Shown: positions 38,419 through 50,132 of the stretch, one piece after another
Layout of the letters: each line of letters opens with the position of its first letter
Position numbering within the stretch: the stretch's first letter is position 1
NCBI GenBank assembly: GCA_963828165.1
Contig: CAWHDR010000005.1
Coordinates: 192,001-256,000, forward strand
DNA from: an uncultured Chloroflexia bacterium
GTDB lineage: Bacteria > Chloroflexota > Limnocylindria > Limnocylindrales > CSP1-4
DNA: 64,000 nt
Direction of reading: 5' to 3'
Translations under genes and position numbers: made by a program
The notes under the pieces: generated by a model
Told to the model about the DNA's origin: nothing
Seen by the model: the letters and a program-made list of their open reading frames with translations, nothing else
The model's database searches: none

Positions 38419-39426
38419 ATGAGCACCGTCACCGCGTCCCGCGTCCAGCCGCGGCTGTCGCTCCGACGCCCTGGCGACGCCTTGCCACGTTCGTCGATCG
38501 GGACCGCGCCCATGCTCTGGAGCAACGCCGACGGAACCCCGCGCGACGGGACCGACGCGCTGGCGATCCTCGATGAGATCGCCCGGGTCGGGTATGAGGG
38601 CACCCAGCTCGGCGACGGCTTCCCGGAGGGTGCCCCGCTCCGGGAAGCCCTCCACGAGCGAAGGCTACGCCTGGCCGAGGTCTACGTCCCCATCCCCGCG
38701 ACCGTCGACGGCCCGGCTGCCGACGCGCTGGCCATCGCCGAGGAGCGGCTGCGGCTGCTGCACGACGGCGAAGGCGAGGTGCTGTGCCTGGCGATCGACG
38801 GATCCCCCGATCGCGACGCGGCAGCGGGCCGGGCGAGCGAGCCCGGCACGCCGGTCCTCACCGACGCTGGCTGGGCGTCGCTTGTCGAGCTCATCCACGC
38901 CATCGCGGACCGCGCGGCCCCGCTTGGCCACCCGGTCGTCTTCCACCCGCACGGCGGGACGTTCATCGAGACCCCGGCCGAGGTCGAACGGCTCGCGGCC
39001 TGCACCGACCCGGAACGGATGGGGATCTGCCTGGACGTCGGGCACTACCTGGTCGGTGGCGGCGATCCCGTGGCGGCGATCCGCGCCCTCGGCGATCGGG
39101 TCGCGCATGTGCACCTCAAGGACGTCGACCCAGCGGTTCTCATCGGGCTGCAGACCGGCGCCGTCGACGGACTCGGTCATGCCATCCGCGAGCGGGTGTT
39201 CACCGAGCTCGGGGCCGGGATGCTCGACCTCGACGGCGTCATCACCGCGCTCATGGAGCTCGACTACGCGGGCTGGCTCATCGTCGAGCAGGACACGACC
39301 TGGGCGCCACCGTCGGAGAGCGCGGCGATCGGACGGCGCGTGCTCGCGTCGACGTTGCGCCGGCTCGGCAAGGAGGCTCGGAGGCTCGGCGGGCTCGGCG
39401 GGCTCGGCGGGCTCGGCGGGCTCGGC
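38419..39426 (+). CDS. iolE: Inosose dehydratase (IolE-like); no stop, reads in frame into iolG
   Basis: APMLWSN, GYEGTQLG, HPHGGT, CLDVGH, HLKD, VEQD. Confidence 0.75.
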
Positions 39427-39427
39427 G
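39383..39427 (+). repeat. 9-bp tandem repeat (GGCTCGGCG)x5
   Basis: Directly visible; encodes an (LGG)n linker. Confidence 0.95.
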
Positions 39428-40425
39428 TGAGAGTCGCGCTTCTTGGTGCCGGGCGCATCGGCCGCCTGCACGCCCGACTCCTGGGCACGACCCCGGGCAT
39501 CGACGCCCTTCTCGTCGCCGACGTTGACGCCGCGCGTGCCGGCGAGGTGGCGAGGGAGGTCGGGGCCACGGTCGCCGCGTCGATGGACGCCGCCCTCGAC
39601 GCGGCGGACGCGGTCGTCATCGCGGCCGCCACCGGCGCCCATGCGGAGCTGATCCGCGCATCGATCGGCCGCGGCCTGCCGACGTTCTGTGAGAAGCCGC
39701 TGGCCGGCAACCTCGACGAGACGATCGCCCTCGCCGCGGACATCGAGCGGTCCCGAGCGGCGTTCCAGCTCGGGTTCCAGCGCCAATTCGACCCGGCGTA
39801 CCGCGAGGTCCACCGGCTGATCCACAGTGGCGAGCTCGGGACCCTCTACGCGGTCCGCCTCGCGGGCCATGACCCGGAGCCGGCGCACGAGGCGTACATC
39901 GCCCAATCCGGCGGGATATTCCGCGACTTCTCGATCCACGACTTCGACGTCCTGCGCTGGATGACGGGCTGCGAGGTCGAAGAGGTCTACGCGGACGGCG
40001 GCGTCCGCGAGTTCCCGGTCTTCGCGAAGTACAGCGACGTCGACACGGCGGTGGTCACGCTCCGCCTCGCCGATGGCCCATTCACGGTGATGACCGTGAC
40101 TCGTCACGATCCGCTGGGGTACGACATCCGGGCAGAGATCTTCGGCTCTCGCGACAGCGTCGCCGTCGGGCTCGGGCCGCAGACCCCGTTGCGCTCCGTG
40201 GAGCCGGGTGTTCCACCGCCTGCGGGACCGGCGTGGAAAGACTTCCTCATGCGCTTCGAATCGGCCTATGCTGCCGAATTCGTGGCGTTCCTCGCGATGG
40301 CTCGCGGCGAAGCCCCGAGTCCTTGCACGGCACAGGACGGCGTCGCCGCATTGCGCGTGGCGGAGGCGGCCGATCGAGCGCTCCACGAACACCGCCCCGT
40401 GCGGCTCGCGGAGATCCCCGGCTGA
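39427..40425 (+). CDS. iolG: myo-inositol 2-dehydrogenase-like (Gfo/Idh/MocA)
   Basis: [40 protein letters not shown]. Confidence 0.8.
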   Translation: MRVALLGAGRIGRLHARLLGTTPGIDALLVADVDAARAGEVAREVGATVAASMDAALDAADAVVIAAATGAHAELIRASIGRGLPTFCEKPLAGNLDETIALAADIERSRAAFQLGFQRQFDPAYREVHRLIHSGELGTLYAVRLAGHDPEPAHEAYIAQSGGIFRDFSIHDFDVLRWMTGCEVEEVYADGGVREFPVFAKYSDVDTAVVTLRLADGPFTVMTVTRHDPLGYDIRAEIFGSRDSVAVGLGPQTPLRSVEPGVPPPAGPAWKDFLMRFESAYAAEFVAFLAMARGEAPSPCTAQDGVAALRVAEAADRALHEHRPVRLAEIPG

Positions 40426-40561
40426 GGGGCCGGAGGAAGGAGGTGTCCATGGCGGCCCTCGGTGGCCGCGTCCAAGCAGCGTTCCATGGGACTCGCCCGC
40501 CGGGCGGGACTCGCACTGGGTCCGTGGCATCCGCCACGGTCATTGGAGGAGAACGAACGGC

Positions 40562-41569
40562 ATGAATCTGCGAACCAGGACGCTCGCGGCGCTCGCCGTC
40601 GGGGCGATGATCGTCGGAGCCTGTCAGGCGGGGACGCCGACCGGAAGCTCTGCGGCCGGAGGCCTCGATGGTGCGCTCGTCAAGCGCAGCGATATCAAGA
40701 TCGAGTACGTGACCCACGGCCAGGCCCAGGACGGCTTCTGGGGCGTGGTCCGGAACGGCGTGAAGGCCGGAGCGGCCGACATGGGCGTGACGGCGACCTA
40801 CAACGCTCCGAGCGCTGAGAGCGACATGCCCGGCATGGTCTCCCTCATCGACGCGGCCATCGCCAAGAAGCCCACCGGATTGGTCGTTTCGATCCCGAAC
40901 CCCGACGCGCTCGGGCCGGCCATCCAGAAGGCCGTCGACGCCGGTATCGCGGTCGTCTCGATGAACTCCGGTTCGGACGTGTTCCGGGAGCTCGGCGTGC
41001 TGGCCCACGTCGGTCAGACCGAGTACGAAGCCGGCCTGGGCGCCGGTGAGCGATTCAAGGAGGCCGGCGTGAAGAACGCCGTCTGCTTCAATCAGGAAGT
41101 CGGCAACCAGGCGCTGACCCTCCGCTGCAACGGGTTCTTCATGGGCCTGACCGGCAGCGAGGAAGGCGAGGTCCTGACCGGCAACATCTCCGACCCGGCC
41201 GGCATGCAAGCCTCGATCGAGGCGGCCCTCCAGGCCGATGCGACCATCGACGGCATCCTGACCCTTGGACCCTCCGTGGCCAAGCCGGCGCTCGACGCCG
41301 TCACGGCGTCAGGCAAGACCGTCCATCTCGCGACCTTCGACCTCAGCGCCGACGTGCTGACGGCGATCAAGGACGGGAAGATGGACTTCGCCATCGATCA
41401 GCAGCAGTTCCTCCAGGGCTACCTGCCGATCGTCATCCTCACGAACTACGCGGAGACGCGGAACCTGCCGACCGGTAACGGCCAGGGGCTGGTCATGACC
41501 GGCCCGGGCTTCGTCACCGCGGAGAACGCCGAGGCCGTCATCGGGCTCGCCGCCAAGGGTCTCCGCTGA
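40562..41569 (+). CDS. Sugar (inositol-type) ABC substrate-binding lipoprotein
   Basis: Lipobox [26 protein letters not shown]. Confidence 0.9.
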   Translation: MNLRTRTLAALAVGAMIVGACQAGTPTGSSAAGGLDGALVKRSDIKIEYVTHGQAQDGFWGVVRNGVKAGAADMGVTATYNAPSAESDMPGMVSLIDAAIAKKPTGLVVSIPNPDALGPAIQKAVDAGIAVVSMNSGSDVFRELGVLAHVGQTEYEAGLGAGERFKEAGVKNAVCFNQEVGNQALTLRCNGFFMGLTGSEEGEVLTGNISDPAGMQASIEAALQADATIDGILTLGPSVAKPALDAVTASGKTVHLATFDLSADVLTAIKDGKMDFAIDQQQFLQGYLPIVILTNYAETRNLPTGNGQGLVMTGPGFVTAENAEAVIGLAAKGLR

Positions 41570-41649
41570 CGTAGTGCTTGCGGCCGGCGTACCGGCGCAA
41601 AGGGAGGGACCGGCACGGTCGGTCCCTCCCGAACACCTCGGAGGGAACC

Positions 41650-42729
41650 ATGGCGAGCACGACGACCACGGCCCCGCGAGCCCCGGGCTCGGACCGACTT
41701 CGAACCGTCTCCCTGACCCAGCGGATCCTCGCCCGCCCGGCGGCGGGCGCATTGATCATCGTCGTGTTCGTGTGGGTCGTCTTCGCGGCGATCTCTTTGG
41801 CCCGTGGGAACACCGCCTTCATGGGCATCCCGGGCACGCTCAACTACCTGGACGTCGCGGCCCAGGTCGGGATCGTCGCGACCGCGGTCGCCCTGCTCAT
41901 GATCGCGGGCGAGTTCGACCTGTCGATCGGATCGATGGTCGGCTTCGGCGGGATCCTGATCGGCATCGGGGTCACCATCTGGGGCCTGCCGGTCTGGCTG
42001 TCGATCATCATGGCGATGATCGCGACCACCGTTCTCGGCGTGATCAACGGCCTGATCGTGGTGCGGACCGGGCTCCCGTCGTTCATCGTCACGCTGGCCA
42101 CGCTCTTCATCATCCGTGGCGCCTCGTCGGTCCTGACGTCGACGGTGACCAACATCACGTACATCCCGATCGACCCGACGCGCATCGAGGGTGACCCTCT
42201 TGCGGAGATCTTCGGTTGGAGCATGCCGGTAACCATCGGTGATCAGACCGGGACCCTGCAGGTATCGATCATCTTCTGGATCCTCATCGCGATCGTGGGC
42301 ATCTACGTGCTCGGCCGAACGCGATTCGGCAACTGGATCGCGGGCGTGGGCGGCTCGGCCGGAGCGGCGCGCAACCTCGGTGTCCCCGTGGCTCGCGTCA
42401 AGATCGCGCTCTTCGCCATGACGGCGTTCTCGGCATCCATCCTGGCGGCGATCCAGAGCGTACGGTTCAACTCGGCCGACATCCTGCGCGGCACTGGCAT
42501 CGAGCTCGACGCGATCACCACCGCGGTCATCGGCGGATCGCTGTTGACGGGCGGCTACGGCTCGGTCGCGGGCACCGCGCTCGGTGCACTCGCGCTGGGG
42601 ATGGCCCGCCAGGGCATCGTCTTCGCCGACATCAATGCCGACTGGTACAAGATCGCGATCGGCACGCTGCTGCTGGTGGCGGTCGTCCTCAACAACTGGA
42701 TCCGGCGTCGGTTCGCCGGACTGACCTAG
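41650..42729 (+). CDS. Sugar ABC permease
   Basis: [28 protein letters not shown]. Confidence 0.92.
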   Translation: MASTTTTAPRAPGSDRLRTVSLTQRILARPAAGALIIVVFVWVVFAAISLARGNTAFMGIPGTLNYLDVAAQVGIVATAVALLMIAGEFDLSIGSMVGFGGILIGIGVTIWGLPVWLSIIMAMIATTVLGVINGLIVVRTGLPSFIVTLATLFIIRGASSVLTSTVTNITYIPIDPTRIEGDPLAEIFGWSMPVTIGDQTGTLQVSIIFWILIAIVGIYVLGRTRFGNWIAGVGGSAGAARNLGVPVARVKIALFAMTAFSASILAAIQSVRFNSADILRGTGIELDAITTAVIGGSLLTGGYGSVAGTALGALALGMARQGIVFADINADWYKIAIGTLLLVAVVLNNWIRRRFAGLT

Positions 42730-42740
42730 GAGGGCTGACC

Positions 42741-43628
<888 letters not shown>

Positions 43629-43653
43629 GCGGGAGGCGCGCGCACCCGACCTC

Positions 43654-44724
43654 ATGACGGCGACGATCGGCGACGTCGCGCGTCGGGCGGGCGTCTCGAC
43701 CGCGACGGTCAGCCGGGTGCTGGCCGGCCTCGGTGGAGCGCGCGCGGAGACACGCGAGCGCGTGCTTGATGCGGCCCGCGCGCTCGACTACCGGCCGTCG
43801 GCGGTCGCCCGCTCGTTGAAACTGCGGACCACCAAGACCCTCGGGCTCATCATCACCGATATCGAGAACCCCTTCTTCCCGCAGCTCGTGCGCGCCGTGG
43901 AGGACGTCGCCCGGGAGCATGGGTTCGTGCTCCTGCTGTGCAACGCCGCCGACGACCCGGATCGGGAGGCGTCGTATCTCGACCTGCTCGTCGACCGGCG
44001 GGTCGATGGCGTCGTGATCGCCGTGAGTGGCCTGGGCGTCCGCCACCGGGAGTGGCTGGCCGAGCCACCGCTGCCGGTGGTCCTCGTCAACACGACGGCG
44101 CCGGGGCTCCCCCACCCATCGATCGCGTCCGACAACGTCGACGGTGGGCGACAGGCCGCGGCGCATCTGCTCGACCTCGGCCATCGGCGGATCGGTGTCC
44201 TGACCGCGGGTGCCCGGCACGCCGCCGCCCCGGAACGTGTGGCCGGCGTGCAACGAGCCTTCCAGGATCGCGGGCTGGACCCGGCGTCGGTCCCGATCGT
44301 CGTCGGGGAGCCGGACGTCCATGGTGGTGAGTCGGGGCTGGGCCGACTGCTGGTCGAGGCACCCGACACGACCGGGGTCGTCGCCTACAACGACCTCATG
44401 GCCATCGGGGCGATGCGTGCGATCCGCGCGTGTGGGCGCACCGTTCCGGACGACGTCAGCGTCGTCGGCTTCGATGATGTCGCGATCGCTGCCTACACCG
44501 ATCCACCGCTGACGACCATCGCCCAGGCCATCGGCGAGCTCGGGCGTTGGGCGGTCGAGCGATTGGTAGAGCGTCTCTCGGATGGCGGAGCGGCGTTCGA
44601 TGGGCACGAGCCGGCGGGGGGCGAGCCCAGAGGCTCGGCACTGCCTGGGGCTGTGTTGGCGGTCCGGCTGGTGGCGCGCGGCTCCAGCGGTCCGCCGCGC
44701 GAGGCTTTCACGCTGCGGGTCTGA
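43654..44724 (+). CDS. LacI family regulator
   Basis: TIGDVARRAGVSTATVSRVL, NPFF, VVGFDD. Confidence 0.95.
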   Translation: MTATIGDVARRAGVSTATVSRVLAGLGGARAETRERVLDAARALDYRPSAVARSLKLRTTKTLGLIITDIENPFFPQLVRAVEDVAREHGFVLLLCNAADDPDREASYLDLLVDRRVDGVVIAVSGLGVRHREWLAEPPLPVVLVNTTAPGLPHPSIASDNVDGGRQAAAHLLDLGHRRIGVLTAGARHAAAPERVAGVQRAFQDRGLDPASVPIVVGEPDVHGGESGLGRLLVEAPDTTGVVAYNDLMAIGAMRAIRACGRTVPDDVSVVGFDDVAIAAYTDPPLTTIAQAIGELGRWAVERLVERLSDGGAAFDGHEPAGGEPRGSALPGAVLAVRLVARGSSGPPREAFTLRV

Positions 44725-44787
44725 GCGCAGTCCGCGAGCCTCCGCCGGGACGTGCCACACGGGTTCCCGCGGACACGCCGAGCCCGA

Positions 44788-45795
44788 TCACGCAGCCGGC
44801 GGGCCCTCCGACCAGAACCTGCTGGCATCCTCAGTCGGGATCTCGCTGACCGTTCCGGGCGCCGCATCGCGCTCCAGGCGAGTCCTGACGGCCACCAGGT
44901 CCGGCACACCGTCGAGGCCCCAATCCTCCACGACCAGCGAGCCGGCCGCCGCCGCGAATCGCAGGTCCAACGCGTCGCGGATCGCCCGACGCATCGTCGT
45001 GTGCACGCCCCCGGCAGCCTCGCTGCCGGCCGCCCGGATCCCCGAGGCGTGGAGCGCGGCGAGGAACGTGTCCCCTGCCCCGGTGGGATCGACCTCATCG
45101 CCGCTGGCGGGTGGGCGGTAGCGGAGCATCTTCGGCGGGTCGACCGGGCCGAGCCGGACCAGCAGGCCGCCCGCGGCGCCCTCGGTCACCAGCAAGTCGG
45201 CTCCCGGTCGCAGGAGGCGCTCCAGGGCCAGCAGCGGGACGTCTCGCGGAACGTCGTGGCGGCTGACACCGATGAGATCGGCGCGCTCGAGGATCGGCGA
45301 CGGACGCGGCGCCAGCCGGCGCACCTGCTCGCCGGGGCGCAGGTCGCGCAGGAACCCTTGCCACGCGACCGCGACGTGCGCCCCTGGTGGGACGACCCGC
45401 GCCCAGTCGTCGCGGACCTCGCCGGCAACCGGCACGACGGACCAGCCGGGCGCAGCCATCCATGCCGGTGGCAGGATCGCAAGGGGCAGCGGGACGCCGG
45501 GCTGGACGCACGTCTGCACGCGACCGTTCTCGGTTTCGACGTTGTGGTAGATGGGGCCCTCGGGCAAGTCCACGCGAAGGATGTCGACCCCGGCCGCCCC
45601 CAGCATCGTCAGTTCGGCCGCATCGGCGGCGTCACGGTCGACGCCGACCACCGCGGCGGTCCGCAGCCCGAGCCTCGCCGTCGTGAGCGCCGCGTACATG
45701 ACGCCACCGCCGATGCGCCACCCACGCGGGTCCTCGGGCGCGACGTCGCGACAGGCCGAACCGACGTGTACGACCTCGATATCGGGTCGAGTCAT
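44788..45795 (-). CDS. PfkB family carbohydrate kinase
   Basis: VTEGAAG, DPTGAGDTF. Confidence 0.85.
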   Translation of the reverse strand: MTRPDIEVVHVGSACRDVAPEDPRGWRIGGGVMYAALTTARLGLRTAAVVGVDRDAADAAELTMLGAAGVDILRVDLPEGPIYHNVETENGRVQTCVQPGVPLPLAILPPAWMAAPGWSVVPVAGEVRDDWARVVPPGAHVAVAWQGFLRDLRPGEQVRRLAPRPSPILERADLIGVSRHDVPRDVPLLALERLLRPGADLLVTEGAAGGLLVRLGPVDPPKMLRYRPPASGDEVDPTGAGDTFLAALHASGIRAAGSEAAGGVHTTMRRAIRDALDLRFAAAAGSLVVEDWGLDGVPDLVAVRTRLERDAAPGTVSEIPTEDASRFWSEGPPAA

Positions 45796-45847
45796 CCCAC
45801 CTCCCCGCGTATACTGCCGGACCCAGCCAGCGAGGACCGAGCGAGCC

Positions 45848-46237
45848 GTGTTCTTCTACGAGCTGCACGAGGGCGACACCGAGATCTACTCGGATGTCCT
45901 GGTCGTCAGCGAATCCGAATGGGAGCCGCAGGAGTTCTTCGAGCTCGTCCAGCGCATCCGCCACGATCTCAAGGAATACTCCGAGGACACGCTCATCGAG
46001 GCGATCGCCATGATCCTCGAACGTGACCATGGCTTCGTGTTCGTCAACGACGAGCGCCTCGTCGCAGCCGTGAACGTCTCTACCGAGGACGCCGACAACT
46101 TCCTGGCCGACCTCGATGCCGCCTACGGCGACGAGGATGACGACGACGACGATGACGATGACGACGCGGAACCGCGCGGCGACTACCGAACGCTGCTGGC
46201 GGAGCTCGACCTGGACGACAAGAGCCGCTCGAACTAG
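45848..46237 (+). CDS. Acidic hypothetical protein
   Basis: GC3-biased coding pattern from GTG 45848; poly-Asp tract. Confidence 0.7.
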   Translation: MFFYELHEGDTEIYSDVLVVSESEWEPQEFFELVQRIRHDLKEYSEDTLIEAIAMILERDHGFVFVNDERLVAAVNVSTEDADNFLADLDAAYGDEDDDDDDDDDDAEPRGDYRTLLAELDLDDKSRSN

Positions 46238-46280
46238 CGGCCGCCGGACCGAGGCACGCACGGCAACCCGGCCCCAACAA

Positions 46281-46653
46281 CCTGCCAAAGGTGCACTCCC
46301 TGCACTTTCGGAGGCCAGCCCGTCCCTGACGGCCGGCTCGGGATCGTTCCGGAGCCTCCGTCGAGCCGGGCCCCCGCACGAAAGGCCGAGTCCGGTCGCC
46401 CGCCGGCGCCACCGAATTCGCACGAAGGTGCATCCCATGCACATCTGTCAGTGCGCGACGTGTTTGTGGGCGGCCTACCCCGCTGTTCCTGCCGGATCGG
46501 CATTGAGTGGCGGCGAGGACCACGCCACCCGGGAGGCAATGCCGCCTGCATATCACACGCGGCGGCCCATCCCGCCGGGCTTGAATCGGCACTGATCCGC
46601 CCATCGTGCCCGAGCGTCATGTGGTGACGATCTGGCAGGAGGACGGGCTGGCT
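46281..46653. ncRNA. Candidate structured ncRNA
   Basis: Several perfect stems, including a 12-bp long-range pair 46314-46325/46641-46652; family not recognised. Confidence 0.4.
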
Positions 46654-46672
46654 GGCGCGCCCCGCCCGGACC

Positions 46673-47776
46673 TCAGCGGCTGAACAGGATCTCGAGCACG
46701 TCCCCGTCCTTGACCCGGTAGGTCTTTCCCTCCGACCGCAGGCGCCCCGCCTTCTTCGCCTCGCCCATCGAGCCGAGCTTGAGCAGGTCCTCGTAGGCGA
46801 CGGTCTCGGCACGGATGAACCCGCGGGCAAGATCGGTGTGGATGGCGCCGGCAGCGTCCACGGCCGTGGAACCGTCCGGGACCGGCCAGGCACGGACTTC
46901 GTCAGGGCCTGCGGTCAGGAACGAGACGAGCCCGAGCAGCCGATAGGACAGGGCGATCACGCGATCGAGGCTCGACCCGGCGATACCGAGCTCTTCCATG
47001 AACGTCGCCGCCTCGTCGGGCTCGAGCTCACCGAGCTCCATCTCGATCTTCGCCGACAGCGCATCGACCATCGCGTGCTGGTGCGGGTAGCTCGCGACGA
47101 TGCGCTCGACGAGCGCGGGCGCGGTCGCGAGGTCGCCCTCCCCGACGTTGAGCAGCACGAGCACGGGCTTCTCGGTCAGGAATCGGAACCCGCGGATCGC
47201 CTTCGCGTCGTCGGCATCGAGCCCCAGGTCCCGGATCGGCGTTCCCGCCTCGAGACCTTCGTGGATCCGGCGCAGCACGACCTCTTCGCGCCCCGCCGCC
47301 TCGCGTTCCGCCTGGGTGCCGTGCTGGCCGCTGCCCTTGAGCCGCTCCAGCCGGCGTTCGGTCATCGCGAGGTCGGCGAGCGTGAACTCGAGGTCGAGCT
47401 GCTCGAGGTCGCGTGCGGGATCGACGCTGCCGGCCGGATGCGGATTGGCCGGATCCTCGAACGCGCGGACGACGTGCAGCAACGCGTCCGAGTCGCGAAG
47501 CCGCGCGAGGTGGTCGGCGGGTAGCTCCTCAGTGCCCACCCGGCCCTCGGACGAGGCCGGCGGGGCCGGCAGGTCCACATAGGTGACGTCGGCCTGGACG
47601 ATCTTCTTGGGCTTGAAGATCTCGGCGAGCCGGTCGAGCCGAGCGTCGGGCACCTTGACGACCCCGACATTGAGCGTGACCCCACCATAGCCCCCGGTTT
47701 CCGCGTGGCCGCGGGTCAGCGTATTGAACACGGTCGTCTTGCCCGAACCGGCAAGGCCGACGATGGCGATCTGCAT
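46673..47776 (-). CDS. ychf: Redox-regulated ATPase YchF
   Basis: GLAGSGKTT, VKVPDARL, LLHVVRAF, GAIHTDLARGFIRAE, EGKTY.VKDGD. Confidence 0.93.
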   Translation of the reverse strand: MQIAIVGLAGSGKTTVFNTLTRGHAETGGYGGVTLNVGVVKVPDARLDRLAEIFKPKKIVQADVTYVDLPAPPASSEGRVGTEELPADHLARLRDSDALLHVVRAFEDPANPHPAGSVDPARDLEQLDLEFTLADLAMTERRLERLKGSGQHGTQAEREAAGREEVVLRRIHEGLEAGTPIRDLGLDADDAKAIRGFRFLTEKPVLVLLNVGEGDLATAPALVERIVASYPHQHAMVDALSAKIEMELGELEPDEAATFMEELGIAGSSLDRVIALSYRLLGLVSFLTAGPDEVRAWPVPDGSTAVDAAGAIHTDLARGFIRAETVAYEDLLKLGSMGEAKKAGRLRSEGKTYRVKDGDVLEILFSR

Positions 47777-47816
47777 GGCCGCGATCGTAACGGCCGGGGC
47801 GCGATGACGGGTGGGA

Positions 47817-48915
47817 CTAGTACCCGGCCTCGGGGTCCACCACGTTGAGCAGCGGCTCGCCCCTTGCGAACCGGCGCAGGTTGTCGCAGAACAGCTCGAC
47901 GCTGCGGTCCAGCACGCGGCCGCTCGACCAGGCGGTGTGGGGCGTGACGATCACGTTGTCGAGGTCGTAGAACGGCGACGTGGCTGGCAGCGGCTCGTCG
48001 CGGAACGTGTCGAGCACCGCGCCGCCGAGCGGGCCGTCGTGCAGGGCACGGAGCAGCGCGCGCTCGTCGATGAGCCGGCCGCGCGCGACGTTGATCAGCC
48101 ACGCCCCGGGCTTGACCATGGCCAGCGTCTCGTCGTTGATCATCGAGTCGGTCTCGGACGTGAGCGGGGCCGCCAGGACGATGAAATCGGACTCACCCAG
48201 GAGCTCCGGCAGCGTGTCGGGCCCACCGACCCGGTCGAGCATCGCCTCTCCGAATGAGCGCTCGTCCTGATCCCCCGCTGAGACGCTCGCGTCCTCCGCC
48301 CTGGCTGTGTCCGCGACCGTGTCCGGTGCCGCGCGCGCTGCCGCTGCCCGGCGATCGGCGCACGGCGACGACGCGGCAGCCAAAGGCGGTCGCCAAGGCC
48401 CCGACGGCGCGCCCGATCGAACCAAGCCCCACGATGCCAACCGTCACGTCGCGCAGCTCCGCTCCCTCGAGCGGCTGCCAGGTCCGCTCTTGTTGGAGAT
48501 CGAGGAGCTGTGGCAACCGCCGGCTCACCGACAGGATCATCATCAGGACGTATTCCGCGATGGGCCGGCTGAACACCCCGCGGGCGTTCGTCACGACCAC
48601 GCCGCGTTCGAGTGCCGCCGGGGTGAGGGCGCCCTCGACGCCCGAGGTCGCCGAGTGCACCCAGGCGAGCTGTGGCGCCCGCGCGAGCAGCCGGTCGAAT
48701 GCGTCCGGTTTCAGCCAGCCGCGGAGCATGACCTCGACGTCATCGACCGGGCCGTCGGCGAGGCCTTCGACGGACACCGTCACCAACCGGGCGCCGGGAG
48801 CCGCAGCACGGATCCGCTCGAGGTCGCGCGACCGGTAACGGGCGGACAGGATCGGGCTCAGCGCGATAGCCGCGGGCGCACCGCCCGGACCGCGGCCGGG
48901 TCCCGCGCCGGTCAC
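47817..48915 (-). CDS. D-2-hydroxyacid dehydrogenase, frameshifted near 48350
   Basis: N-half (TNARG, GIVGLGSIG) and C-half (INVARG, TPHTAW) lie in different frames; GTGA overlap at 48912-48915. Confidence 0.82.
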
Positions 48916-50132
48916 GAAGCGCTCGAGGGAGCCGCCGGCGGGCCATCGAGGACCCGCGTGATCCAGCGCTCGGGCTGCTCGATCTCCCCGTCGCGCGGTA
49001 AGGTCTCGGGTCCCTCCCAGAGGCGCGCGAGCGCTGCCTTCCCGCGAGCGTCGGCGATGGCGCGGACGAAGATCTCGCCCTTCTTGTACTGCTCGAGCTT
49101 GAGGTCCATCCCGGTCAATCGGAGCATCGCCCGCTCGAATGGCGTGCGACGGGTGCGCCGCTCGTGGAAACGGGAGCTGATCTGTTCGACCCCGGGCACG
49201 AGATCGCGACCGACCTCGTCCATGACGTAGTCGCTGAAGCCCTCGAGCAGGCTCATCACGGCCTGCGTCTCGCGGAACAGGCGGCGCTGCTCCTCGCCCA
49301 TCAGCCGTTCCATCCAGTGCTCGCCGCCGCCCTCTCCGCGAAGGGCACGTCCGACCCCGTGCATCGCCTCGCGGCCGAAGCCCCGGACGTCGCTGCCGAA
49401 CAGGCTCAGCTGCCGCTCCAGGCGGGACGCAAGGTATGGCCGCAGCCACGGGTGCGCCTCGAATTCGAAGGCGTGGGTCGTCTCGTGGAGGGCGATCCAC
49501 GTCCGGAACGGCCCGAGTGGCACGCCGAGGGCACGCGCGGTCTCGCGGATGTTCTCCTCCACGAACAGCAGTCGGCCCGGTGCCGCCTCCGCCGACAGCA
49601 ACGCGATGTCGTACTGGCCGAGCACGCGCCGGCCCATGAAACCCAGCAGCAGGCCCAGTTGGCGGGTCGTGATCCAGCGATTCGCGAGCGCCATGGTCGC
49701 CTTGGCGAGGCCACCACCGGGCGGGATCACCTGGTCGAGCAGGTCCTTCTCGAGCTTTCCGATGAGCGACGCGAACGACGCCGTGTTGGCCCGCACCCAA
49801 CCCGCCCGATCGACCACCCCGGAACGCTCCACCACGCCGGGGAGCTCCGTCCCCAGGGCGCTCGACAGCGCCGGCACGATCCGGGTCATCGCCTCGGCGT
49901 ACGCCGGCTCGGCGGCACGAAGCTCGGCAGTGCCGAGCGCGCCCGGCGCCCCCTCCAGTCGCCCGATCGCGAAGCGTTCCACGGCCGGCCAATCGACGAG
50001 GCCCTCGCGCGCGGTCCGCTCCATGCGCCGGCCGACCACGGTCGCGGCCGCCCCGAGCGCCGAACCGATGAGGATGCCGGCCTGCCAGGCACGGTCGTCG
50101 CGCCAGGACGGTCGGCGCTCTCGCCGCGTCAT
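48912..50132 (-). CDS. Zinc-dependent metalloprotease (DUF2342-like)
   Basis: VLGQYD, HETTH, MSLLEG, QYKKG. Confidence 0.85.
   Translation of the reverse strand: MTRRERRPSWRDDRAWQAGILIGSALGAAATVVGRRMERTAREGLVDWPAVERFAIGRLEGAPGALGTAELRAAEPAYAEAMTRIVPALSSALGTELPGVVERSGVVDRAGWVRANTASFASLIGKLEKDLLDQVIPPGGGLAKATMALANRWITTRQLGLLLGFMGRRVLGQYDIALLSAEAAPGRLLFVEENIRETARALGVPLGPFRTWIALHETTHAFEFEAHPWLRPYLASRLERQLSLFGSDVRGFGREAMHGVGRALRGEGGGEHWMERLMGEEQRRLFRETQAVMSLLEGFSDYVMDEVGRDLVPGVEQISSRFHERRTRRTPFERAMLRLTGMDLKLEQYKKGEIFVRAIADARGKAALARLWEGPETLPRDGEIEQPERWITRVLDGPPAAPSSAS

Noticed and set aside
46437-46595. Small Cys-rich ORF MHICQCATC...
   Set aside because: Weak coding signal, and it lies within the base-paired region; cannot be supported.
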